Source: Macrostomum lignano (taxonomy: Eukaryota). Taken from it: 64,000 nt of DNA. A model generated the notes under the pieces. The model made no database searches. It was given only the letters and a program-made list of their open reading frames with translations, and was not told the origin of the DNA. The DNA is taken from assembly GCA_002269645.1 (NCBI GenBank), contig NIVC01000705.1:35843-99842 (forward strand), read 5' to 3'. Shown here piece after piece: positions 28,125-40,500 of this stretch; the stretch's first letter is position 1; the number at the start of each line of letters is the position of its first letter. The position numbers and the translations under genes are program-made.

Positions 28125-29275
28125 CTTGATTCTTGGCGTCCCTTTAATTCTTGGCGCCCCTCTGATTCTTGGCGCCCCTTTGGCGCCCATTTGCGCCCCT
28201 CTGATTCTTGGCGCCCCTCTGATTCTTGGCACCCTTCTGATTCTCGGCGCCCTTTGATACTTGGCGCCCCTCTGATTCTTGGCGCCCCTTTGATTCTTGG
28301 CGCCCCTTTGATTCTTGGCGCCCCTCTGATTTTTGACGCCCCTTTGATTCTTGGCGCCCCTCTGATTCTTGGCACCCTTCTGATTCTCGGTGCCCTTTGA
28401 TACTTGGCGCCCCTCTGATTCTTGGCGCCCCTTTGATTCTTGGCGCCCCTTTGATTCTTGGCACCCTTCTGATTCTTGGCGCCCCTCTGATTCTTGGCAC
28501 CCTTCTGATTCTCGGCGCCCTTTGATACTTGGCGCCCCTTTGATTCTTGGCGCCCCTCTGATTTTTGACGCCCTTTTGATTCTTGGCGCCCCTCTGATTC
28601 TTGGCGCCCCTTTGATTCTTGGCGCCGGTCTGATTTTTGACGCCCCTTTGATTCTTGGCGCCCCTCTGATTCTTGGCACCCTTCTGATTCTCGGTGCCCT
28701 TTGATACTTGGCGCCCCTCTGATTCTTGGCGCCCCTTTGATTCTTGGTGCCCCTTTGATTCTTGGCACCCTTCTGATTCTTGGCGCCCCTCTGATTCTTG
28801 GCACCCTTCTGATTCTCGGCGCCCTTTGATACTTGGCGCCCCTTTGATTCTTGGCGCCCCTCTGATTTTTGACGCCCCTTTGATTCTTGGCGCCCCTCTG
28901 ATTCTTGGCACCCTTCTGATTCTCGACGCCCTTTGATACTTGGTGCCCCTCTGATTCTTGGCGCCCCTTTGATTCTTGGCGCCCCTTTGATGCTTGGCAC
29001 CCTTCTGATTCTTGGCACCCTTCTGATTCTCGGCGCCCTTTGATACTTGGCGCCCCTCTGATTCTTGGCGCCCCTCTGATTCTTGGCGTTCCTTTGATTC
29101 TTGGCGCCCCTCTGATTCTTGGCGCCCCTCTGATTCTTGGCGCCCCTTTGATTCTTGGCGCCCCTCTGATTCTTGGCGCCCCTCTGATTCTTGGCGCCCC
29201 TCTGATTCTTGACGCCCCTCTGATTCTTGGCGCCCCTCTAATTCTTAGCGCCCCTTTGGCGCCCCTTTGCGCCCC
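28125..29275 (+). repeat. 18-bp minisatellite (tctgattcttggcgcccc)
   Basis: LILGAP-periodic ORFs; variant units recur in blocks. Confidence 0.96.
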
Positions 29276-29544
29276 TAGGTACCAGCTCAGCACCAAGAAA
29301 GGCTTAGAGGTTTAATTCAGCACCAAGAAGTTTCGAAAAATAATCAAACCTCTCTCCAATCAATAGGACAAGAACAAGATTAATGCCTGACCTCAGTTCA
29401 GGGTGGGTTTTTCTGTACTTTAGCAGATGAAAGTGGGAAGGCTAGTAGTTTTATTGTAGCGAAAAAGAAGCAAAAAGCTGTTTTTCAAGCACAAGATCCT
29501 TGGAACCTTCCTTCTGTTCAGTTTAAGAGCCACGTTGACGCTCC

Positions 29545-29845
29545 TAACACACCCAAATTGAAGCTCCTGACACACCCAAATTTACGTCCCTGACACACCC
29601 AAATTGAAGCTCCTGACACACCCAAATTGAAGCTCCTGACACACCCAAATTGAAGCTCCCTGACACACCCAAATTGAAGCTCCTGACACACCCAAATTTA
29701 CGTCCCTGACACACCCAAATTGAAGCTCCTGACACACCCAAATTGAAGCTCCTGACACACCCAAATTGAAGCTCCTGACACACCCAAATTGAAGCTCCTG
29801 ACACACCCAAATTGAAGCTCCTGACACACCCAAATTGACGTCCCT
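29545..29845 (+). repeat. 23-bp minisatellite (ctgacacacccaaattgaagctc), ~13 copies
   Basis: Period 23; 16/23 identical to the 22266 monomer. Confidence 0.95.
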
Positions 29846-29931
29846 GCAGCTGACAAGATTTGGAAGGACAGCAGAAAAGCTTGAATCCACTATTATACAT
29901 GCAAATTACGCTCGTATCCCAGTCTGAAAAT

Positions 29932-30672
29932 TTATTTCATAGCAATTGTCGCAGCGAATTCGTAGCTCCCAACAACAGCTGCCTCATTGCCGCCGCCGCC
30001 GCCGCCGCCGCCGCTGCCGCCGTAGCACCCGGTCTGGTTGGCCTGACACCAGGCCTTCGCCGCCCAAACGCAGCCGAAGGAGGCGAGTGCCGCGCCAAGC
30101 GCCAGCAGCCAGGCCCCGGCCAGGCGGTACCGCCCGATGGACACCGCAGTCTCCCCGGCGTCCTCGCCGCCAGTTATCGAAGTTTCGCTCGAGTCGGCGG
30201 CCAGTATGGCTGCCCGATAGAAGCAGGTGCCGCCCGCCACTGCCAGCACGAAGCCGAGAAGGACGCAGGTGAAGCAGCGCATGCAGTGCCGGCTCCAGCG
30301 CCACTGCAGCTCCGCTCTGGACTCCGCTGAGGCTGCTGACGCTGGCAAATCATCTGCGACTTCAACAGCGGAGCCGCCGCCGCCGCCGTAGCTGCCGAAC
30401 TGTTGAATTACTGCGAAGTTTGGCTGCTGCTGCTGCTGTTGGATTCCGCTGACTGCCGAAGCTCGACGACTTGATGAAGCGTGGAGCAGCAGCTGCTGAT
30501 GCTGCTGCTGCTGATGATGATGATGATGGTGTCGAGGATGCTGCAAGCTGTTCGATCTCTGCACTGGTTGATGGTGAAAATGATGATGCTGCTGCCGCAG
30601 CTGAGGCGAGTTCTGGGTGGTGAAACTGTTATAGTCACCGGCTGGCTGTTTGCTGAGGTGAATTTGCTGCAT
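29932..30672 (-). CDS. Uncharacterised 246-aa protein with a poly-Q/H N-terminus and two predicted TM helices
   Basis: GC-rich ATG-to-stop ORF with homopeptide tracts like the other exons; hydrophobic segments CFTCVLLGFVLAVAGGTCFY and LAGAWLLALGAALASFGCVWA. No family recognised. Confidence 0.75.
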   Translation of the reverse strand: MQQIHLSKQPAGDYNSFTTQNSPQLRQQHHHFHHQPVQRSNSLQHPRHHHHHHQQQQHQQLLLHASSSRRASAVSGIQQQQQQPNFAVIQQFGSYGGGGGSAVEVADDLPASAASAESRAELQWRWSRHCMRCFTCVLLGFVLAVAGGTCFYRAAILAADSSETSITGGEDAGETAVSIGRYRLAGAWLLALGAALASFGCVWAAKAWCQANQTGCYGGSGGGGGGGGNEAAVVGSYEFAATIAMK

Positions 30673-31589
30673 ATTTGTTGTCTGTCAGTTTATAGCTGGT
30701 GATAAATCTATTGAGTAGCTTCTCTCTTTATACTGTCTGATTGAGAGTGAGGTTCATGCTATTGTCTGATTGGATGAGTTGGAGTTGCTCGCAAAGTCCA
30801 CGGTGGAGTTTTATGGTCTGATGCTCATTGGCCGATCTGTCTTCCTCTACTCCTCTTCTCTAATTTATTCTCACCGGGAAATTACTTTGCTTTTTGAGTA
30901 AATAACATTTTCAGAGTGCAGTTCCAATGTGACATTGTTATACGAGCGTATTATGCAAAGCAAATAGTTTAAAACAATCATTTGTTTTATGGTGCATGAA
31001 AAATAGTCATATATAAGAAACTATTACCACCGACGAAAGTTTGGAGAACAGCTAGGCCCTAGAAACGTCATTATGTCAGATATTATAAAACTTCTAGATC
31101 ACGTAAAAACTTGCCATATAATTCATTGTAAGATGAGAAACAAGGGTGAAAACAATATTGCGGGCAAGGATTTACATGTATTATTTAGTTTAGCTTTTCT
31201 AGGTAGGTACCTATAGTTTATTATTTTATGTAGATATAATCAAAGGTAATTGAGCTTACAATTACGAGCTAAAAGAACAAGCTGTTTCAAATCGAAATGA
31301 GCTTGATTTTAATTGAATCAAAATCGCCAGTAAATAAATTCGTTTATTTTATACTAGTTATAACAAAATAAGTCCTACAACGATAGTTTTACCCAGTATA
31401 CCGGTATAAACTTGTTTTTTTACTTCCACAAGTATTTACTGCAGATCTTTTACACTTGGGCTATGATTTTTGCAATTTTATCTGTATATAGTAGCACGGA
31501 ATTACAATATTAAATATTTTGAACTCGATACCATAAGCATTCAGCTTTCCTTTCCTGTTATTTTTTATTTTCATATAGAAACGAATAGT

Positions 31590-34500
31590 ATGACGTCAAT
31601 AGCTCATGCATCTGGTCTAGAAGGACTTGACATAGCCATTTTCGTTGGCTATTTTGTGCTTGTGGTCATCACTGGAGTCTTTGTGAGTGTTAAAATTACA
31701 TGTAGCTATAGCTTATCCATTTTAGCCAGTTGATTTCACTATCTGTAGAATAATTTCTTATAACTTTACTTTTATATTTTCGAAAAATCTTATGTATTTT
31801 TAAAAATGATTTTGTTTTACTTGATAACACATATTGTTTTAATTTCAATAGTATTTTGCATGAATTTTCAAGGCTTTTAAAAGATTTGCATAATTTTGGA
31901 TTCTACGGTATAGAATTATAAAATGCATTTGAATGTATTTGCATTCCAATTTTTTCTATCATTTTAAGTCATTATACTATTGTATGTTTTTGAATAGTTC
32001 CTTTAGTACATTTTGTTTCATTGTACTATACATTTATTACATTATTGCTATATATACTAAGGGGGGTTAATGGCTAGTAAGTTAGTGGCTAGAATGTCGG
32101 ACTCCAGACTTGAAGGTACGGGGTTCGATTCCCGATCCCACTGGAACAATTTGTTTCCTTGAGCAAGAGACGCTTAACTCTGCATTGCTTCAGTTCACCC
32201 AGCTGTAAAATGGGTGCCAGTGTTAGCTGGGGTAATTGAGGGGGTTTTTGTGGCACCCCCAGTCCTTGGACTGAACAGCCGTACGCAGCCTTCAGATGCA
32301 CCGCGCAATAGCTGCGGCTGAGCTGTCGGTTGCATACGAGCTACGAGCTATATGGCGCAATTGGCGCAGGTGTAAATTAACATTATTATTATTATTATTA
32401 TTGCTTTCATAAAAGAGAACTCCCTGATCTAGCTTACGTGTAGAAATTATGTTTAATTGGTATTATTTTAATATTATTCAGTCGATGTGCATCACGAAGC
32501 GCGGAACTGTGAAGGGCTACTTTCTGGCTGGCCGTCACATGACCTGGCTCCCGGTGAGCAGCATATTTATACGCGATTCTATGTCGGTTGTTTATTACGT
32601 GAAGGGGGCAAAGTTCCAACAATTCCGCGTCACCACTGGCTTCAGATTGGTGCCTCCCTATTCGCCAGCAACATCGGCAGCGAGCACTTCATCGGGCTGG
32701 CTGGCTCCGGAGCAGCTTCCGGGATCAGCATCGGCGCCTTCGAATTGAACGTGAGTGCTGAGGACTCAGAAGCTGGAAGACTTTGCACTCATCATTACTA
32801 GTCTTTCTCCGCCCGTTTTATATCAAGAAAGGGGAATAACTATCCAGTCGCCACCAGATCAATATGAGATCAATCTCAACACTCTATTGCTGAGACTGTA
32901 CATAAATAACTCAACCCCACGCCCAGGGCAAGGTTTATTTTCTTCAATACTTTAACAATCTCTCGCGTCACTCTTCCAATTGATGTACAGTTGCATGACC
33001 TGTAATTGGGGTTATACGCAAGGCAGTTCATTCCCAACCTCCTAGATGTACATCCACATCAAGCCCTCACCTTAACTACCATCCTGTATATCCGTATGCA
33101 GAGTGAACTGGCGCTCAACTAAATTTACTGCTCGCTCACACTGTGGCTGATCAGCTACACCAGCTCAGCATGACTTGGAGTGCTGGGTTGTCAAGCTTCA
33201 ACTTTGTTTTCTACACATTTGCATCAACGTTAAAGCTCGAAAATATTTGTTTAGGACATTTGAAAGATAATTTTTCTTCTGCCGTTGAATTCCATTTTTC
33301 ATAAAACACAAAATTTTCTTGACATAAACTTCAAACGCTTGTTTACTTTAACTTTAATTAAACAATAATTAAAATTGAAAATCATCCCTAGTCTTTATCC
33401 AGTTGTCACTATCCAGTATAACAAAATTTCAGGCCTGCATCCTGCTGCAACTACTTGGCTGGGTGTTCCTGCCCGTGTACATCACAAGCGGGGTGAGTAT
33501 AATAACACTATAGTTAGCTCACAGTACTTAACTCGAGGCAATTCGGTAACCTTCTGCACGCAAATAAACCGACTTGCAAATGAAACAGAGAGCAAAGCTG
33601 TGCAAGCTAGTTTTCTTTTCTAATGGGAGCATGCAATAACTGGTAAAAGCATTATGCCTACCTGTAGAAGCTATTGTACGTAAAGAAATATGTGTAAAAA
33701 AATTACGCTGCACACAGTGGCTCGAAAGCTGTCTAGAGTTACCCACTATGCTTTTAGCTCGCATGGCTTCTGCGTGCGACTGACTTAAAATAGCACATTA
33801 TTTATTACTTTGCCACACGAATTTCGTAGAGTCATGAAGATTTTTATTTAGTAAAGAAAATCACTTTAAAATAGTTATGACCAAAATTGAAGCTCAAGTT
33901 TTTTATGCATAAAGTTTGATAGAATACCACTTTAACTCAGACTATAAGTCACGCCATGCATACCAGAGAACCATCTGGTATCTGATTACAAAGTCAGTCA
34001 ATTAACGCATGTTGTTTTACAGCTCACTTAAATATGGACCCGAAAGTCCAAGTCCAACCAGCTGTATGTATGTTGCAGTGAATCTTCTTATCTGAATTTA
34101 TTCAGGCAATAAGCTCGTGCGCAGGTTTCTTGAGTATAACATTTGTTCCTTTCCAGTATACAGGGAACCGTTTTACAGGCTAGAGTGTTATTATCAGCAT
34201 TTGAAATTGGTGTATGTTTGCTTTTACTCGTAAACAAGAAATTTCTGGTTCCTTCCAGAAGTCTTGATATTCAATAAACTTTTGCCAGAGTTTACTGTCC
34301 CAACGACATTTGAGGACACGAAACTATATAGATAGTTAGCATATTTGTACTGGATATGGATCGTAATCACATTGGGTAGCATTTTAGGCTGTTGGGTCCA
34401 GGACCACTGCAGCTATAGTTACTCGTATTTTATTGCTTACTGAACTCTACTTGAAATGAGGTACCGCTCCAGCTAAATTAGGTATGAGTTCTGCCAACTT

Positions 34501-37500
34501 ATGCATTAGTCACGCTAAATTAGGCATCAGTCACAGTAAATAAGGTATCAGTCACGCTAAATTAGGTATCAGTCACGATAAATTAGGTATCAGTTATATC
34601 ACTTTTGATATCATTCACGCTAAATTAGGCATCAGTCACGCTAAATTAGGCATCAGTCACAGTAAATAAGGCGGGCCCTGCCTCAGAGGAGGCAAAGGGG
34701 GGGGGGTCCGGGCGCACGTGATCTCCCCATAAACACGAGCCCAGCGTACAATGATGAAATCATTGCACTTTGGACTAAAGAAGGTATCAGTCACAGTAAA
34801 TAAGGTATCAGTCACGCTAAATTAGGTATCAGTCACGATAAATTAGGCATTATTCACACTAAACTAAGTATCAGTTATATCAAATTAGATATCATTCACG
34901 CTAAGTTAGGTATCAGTCACGCTAAATTAGGTATCAGTCACACTAAATTAGGTATCAGTCACACTAAATTAGGTATCGTTGACGCTAAATTAGGTATTAG
35001 ACGCGCTAAATTAGATATCAGTCACAATAAAGTAGGCATCAGTCACACTAAATTAGGCATTATTCACACTAAACTAAGTATCAGTTATATCAAATTAGAT
35101 ATCATTCACGCTAAGTTAGGTATCAGTTATATCAAATTAGATATCATTCACGCTAAGTTAGGTATCAGTCACGCTAAATTAGGTATCAGTCACGCTAAAC
35201 CAGGCATCAGTCACACTAAATTAGGTATCAGTCACGCTAAATTAGGTGTCAGTCACGCTAAATTAGTGTCATAGAATCTGCACCAAATACTGATAAAGAG
35301 TCTTGCTGCCGCACACCCTCCATCCAGATTATCACCCTGCCCGAGTACATGAAACGTCGCTTCGGAGGAAAAAGAATTCAAGTCTACCTTGCCGTTCTGT
35401 CGCTTATATTGTACATCTTCACTAAAATTTCTGTGAGTATTTACTGGCAATTCGTGTCAATAAAAGCTTCACTATTTTATCAAAAGGAGACTACAGATAT
35501 AAATCATTCAATAAAATCATTTCATAACGAAAGGTCAACCTGTACTCCGGAGCCGTGTTTATCAAGGTGGCACTCGAATGGAATGTTTGGTTGTCAATTC
35601 TGCTGCTGCTGGGACTAACCGCTTTGGTCACCATGACTGGTTTGGTCTTTTTATGAATACATTTTGCTGCTTTTATGACATGGACTTTGTAGGATAATAA
35701 CATTCTGGAAAGATGAGCCGTAAACTTCCTAGGAAATGAACTTTGAAGAATGTGAAAATTGTAGGATTTATCCTGCACTTTGTAGGATACGAACTTAGTA
35801 ATACACTTACTTTTTAGTGAAAGTTCTAAATTTTTTAGGTCTTCAAGTTTGTAGAAAATGATTATTTCAAGAAATCAAGAACATGAATCTTTTACAATAA
35901 AAACCCATTAAAAAGCGGTGCTTAAATGCTTTTAGTTGCTTTATGATATTTAAACTCTTTCTAGCTTGTAGCCTAGTGGTTAGAGCGTCGGATTCACGAC
36001 TGAAAGGTCGGGGGTTCGATTCTCGACCCTCTCGGAACAATTTGTGTCCTTAAGCAAGACGCTTAACTCTGCATTGCTTCAGTTCACCCAGCTGTAAAAT
36101 GGGTGCCAGCATTGGCTGGGGTAATTGAGAGGGTTTGTGTGGCGACCCCCCCCCTCCCCAGTCCTTGGACTGAACAGCCGTACGCAGCCTTCAGATGGCT
36201 GCGGCTAAGCTTTCATTTGTACATCTGCCCTATTATTGTATTTAGTTTTTTCTTGTCATTCCAGGCGGTTTGGCAGCCGTAATTTACACTGACACGGTGC
36301 AAGCGGTCATCATGGTGCTGGGTTCAGCATTGCTAACGATAATGGGTAGGCAGATCTGTTATCATAAGTTTAAAACCGTATTTATGGTACCAAACTTTTA
36401 ACTATAACAAATTATAACAAAGTCTCCGTATTGTAGTTAAACATACTTGTGCATGTATATATTTAGACTAGAAAAGTATTGTCACAGACGACTCCGACCT
36501 TCTAATTGTAACAACCCTCAAGATATGCTTCGAATGACAAATTGAAATTTTAGGCCTAGCAAAGATTGGCGGAATTTCCGGTCTAATCGAAAAGTATCCG
36601 CGCGCTATCGCCAACTCTAGTTTCCATGGCAACGCTACAAATGTAAACAGCACTGCGTCACGCTGCGGGATACCTTCTGAGTACTCTTTCACCTTGTTGA
36701 GGCCAATTAACGACCCTGACATGCCCTGGCTTGGATTTCTGCTGGGCCAAACTCCAGCCAGCATTTGGTACTGGTGCGCTGACCAGGTAAATCCTGCAAA
36801 AGCTCAAGAGTTTTCCCTGCTGTCATAATCAATAACACATTTGCTTATTCTCGTAAATAAAAAGCACTACTGTTGCGAAACTTCACACTAATCTTGGATT
36901 ATATTTAAAAGACGAGTAACTATTCCTGTATGCCTCGTCAGCTAATAAGTTATACGCCATGTCTATGAAATATCTCAACATCTCTTTTAACCCCCCCCCC
37001 AAACCGCAGATAATTGTTCAGCGCGCTCTGTCGGCCAAGTCGCTGGCTCACGCTCAAGGCGGCACCCTTTTAGCTGGCTACATCAAGCTCACGCCGCTGT
37101 TTCTAATGGTTGTGCCCGGAATGATCAGTCGGATTTTGTATCCCGGTAAGCTGGATTTCGGTATCGCGATTATTTCCATGTATTCTTGCCCGGCGTCCCA
37201 TCCAATAGTTTTAAAAACAACCGTAGTTACCTTCTGAAATAGAGGAAGGGCATCACTCAAGTGCTAAAAGTGACTTGGAGTGATGTCAAGTGCAGTCACA
37301 TTAATTTGGGACTGAATTGGAATCTCGGCTTGGCTCTGCTCGTGCAATTAACGCCCTTGACGGCCAACCCCCAAGGCACAGTGAAGTGTACATGCCTAAC
37401 GATAAATAAAGTTAGGGCCGCTGTACACTCCTGTGTGTGTGCTTGTGCGAGTGACTGCGTACGTATCCGCGCGCTTGTGTGCCTGCTCAGGGGAGTCGGT

Positions 37501-40500
37501 GGAATTGGCAGTAATGCCTCTCACCGGTTGTGTGAAAAGTCCAACTCTAATGCTCTAACTCCAACCAGACTATTCGTCTTCAGTAAACTGAACACGATTC
37601 ACGAGTAAAGCGTCATTTTACTTCTGTTCTCTATTTTTTCTACTGTTAGTAGCACATTTAACAAATTCTGCACTATTGAAAATTTCCTAATACCTTCAAT
37701 CAAACATTTCAAAAACAGACATCGTGGCGTGCGCCGATCCGGACTCGTGCGAGAAAATTTGCGGCAGTCGAGCTGGCTGCTCAAACCTGGCGTTTCCACA
37801 GCTGGTTGTCTCCATACTGCCCATGGGTACGAGTGAGTCGAATATAGATCAAGGTTTACTGATGAGGTTCAGTTTCAATTCCGTTTCTTAGGGCTCCGAG
37901 GTCTACTTCTCGCCGTGATGGTGTCTGCGCTCATCACAGACCTGACTTCGATTTTCAACTCGGCTTCCACCCTGTTCACCATCGATATCTACGCTAAATT
38001 CCGGCCCAGAGCGTCTGTTAGGGAGCAGCTGATTGTTGGCAAGTGAGTTCGGAGCACACTCACTGACGGTGTGGGTGACTAGAGTTTGGGAGAAGGATTG
38101 AGAGTTGCAATTTGGATGAAGAGTAATACATAAAATGTACGGTTGTACCCGGACGTACTATCCCGCATCCCGAAAAGCGCCACTTTCTACGGAAACACCC
38201 TTTCTATTAGTGGCAGGGGGCTGTGTGCACCCTGGCGCACTTTAAGCGACATTGTCACACAACCGGCGAGAGGTATTACTGCCCATTCCGCCGACTTCTC
38301 TGAGCAGGCACACAAGCGCGCGGATACGTACGCAGTCATACGCACAGGCACACACTCACACAGGAGTGTACAGCGGCCCTAACTTTATTTATTGTTAGGC
38401 ATGTACACTTCACTGTTCCTGGGGGTTGGGCCTCAAGGCCGTTAATTGCACGAGCAAAGCCAAGCCGAGATTCCAATTTAGCCCCAAATTAATGCGACTG
38501 CACTTGGAATCGAGCCTGGGCCGCTGGCACATCAGAGCGCCGCGCTGAACCATTGGGCTACGGCCCGCGCAGAAACACCCCTTCTACAAAAACAACCCTT
38601 TCACAAGAGCGCCATTGTTCCTTACTGAACAGCATCCCAAACAGTTACAAGTTTTAATTTCGCTTCAATAAATACAATATCGCATCCAATATTCAATATT
38701 TTAGACTCACAGTCGTAGTCGTGGTTTTACTATCCATTGCCTGGATACCAATTATCACCACAATGCAAGGCAGTCAGCTGCTAATTTATATCCAGGATGT
38801 TGTGGCCAACCTTGCGCCACCAATTGCCACAGTGTACACTACAGCTGTGCTGTGGCATCGAGCGAATGAGATTGTAAGAGGCTGTTTAAAATACATTACA
38901 TGACCCTACCCTATAAATCCTATGACCCTACAAATTCCATAGCCCTACAAATTCCATGACCCTATAAATGATGAACCCTACGAATCTCATGACCCTGCAA
39001 CTGTCATAAACAAAATTCTTGAGACCGTAAAGATCCATCCGACTCAATTCGACTCAACCCTACTCAACTCGACCCAATCTACCTCAACTCGACTCAACCC
39101 TACTCAACTCGACTCAACCCTACTCAACTCGACTCAACCCTACTCAACTCGACTCAACCCTACTCAACTCGACTCAACCCTACTCAACTCGACTCAACCC
39201 TACTCAACTCGACTCAACCCTACTCAACTCGACCCAATCTACCTCAACTCGACTCAACCCTACTCAACTCGACTCAGCCCTACTCAACTCGACTCAGCCC
39301 TACTCAACTCGAATCAACCCTACTCAACTCGACTCAATTCCCGACTCAACTCGACTCAACCCTACTCAACTCGACTCAACCCTACTCAACTCGACCCAAT
39401 CTACCTCAACTCGACTCAACCCTACTCAACTCGACTCAGCCCTACTCAACTCGACTCAGCCCTACTCAACTCGAATCAACCCTACTCAACTCGACTCAAT
39501 TCCCGACTCAACTCGACTCAACCCTACTCAACTCGACTCAACCCGATCTCGCTGCCTTACCCAGGCTGCATTCTCGGCTCTCAGCTGGGGTTTCGTCATT
39601 GGCGCAATTCGCCTGGCGGTGACCAGCGCCTTCCCGGATCCTCCGTGCGGAGACCCCGACCTGCGGCCGCGCTGGGTGGTGGACCTGCTGCCTCACTACA
39701 TGTACTTTGCCGTGGCCTCCACTCTGAGCACTCTGGCCATAGTGATTGGGGTCAGCCTGCTCACAGCTCCGCCGCCATCAAGCCAAATTCGTAACCTGAC
39801 CATCTTCAGTCTGGACGAGGAAGTGGTGGAACCGGCGGACCAGTCGGTCAACGATTTTGAGATGCAAAATCGTGCAGCGGCAACGGTTGAGAGGGAGAAC
39901 CTACAAGTCAATGGTAATAAGAAAGGTTTTTGTGGTCGCTCCTGCGTTAGGCCTTTTGTCATAACCCCGCTTATTAATAAAGAGGAAAGTACGAGTATCC
40001 TATCTCAGGCCTTTCCGAAAGGCTAAAATCTAGAGTTTAGGGTTTTCTAAGTCCACAAAAATGATGTCAATCGGAGCCAAAAAACTCGAACAGACAGTCC
40101 CTAGATGCAAACAGACAATCAGTCCCTAGATGCAAACAGACAATCAGTCCCTAGATGCAAACAGACAATCAGTCCCTAGATGCAAACAGACAATCAGTCC
40201 CTAGATGCAAACAGACAATCAGTCCCTAGATGCAAACAGACAATCAGTCCCTAGATGCAAACAGACAATCAGTCCCTAGATGCAAACAGACAATCAGACA
40301 ATCCCCAAATGCATACAGACAGTCCTAATGCAGATATTTCAAACAGTAGTTTGCAGTTTTTCAAACAGTAATAACAAAAATGGTGTAATATATTCAGGAA
40401 CAAAATCCCAAAACCCTCAAAAAACCTTGCCAATGCAGCCGCTTCCCCCAGCAGCAACGAAGGCCGATTCAGCTCAATCAACTGGCGCGCAATGATGCAC

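Noticed and set aside
34750-34780. C/D box snoRNA in the intronic insert (ATGATGA)
   Set aside because: No downstream CTGA D box or terminal stem.
34515-35268. Telomeric repeat (TTAGG inside the 21-mer)
   Set aside because: The motif is embedded in a longer unit, not a contiguous TTAGG/TTAGGG tract.
35966-36030. Genuine tRNA-Val or tRNA-Gln genes
   Set aside because: No convincing acceptor stem; each continues into a shared SINE body, so these are SINE heads.
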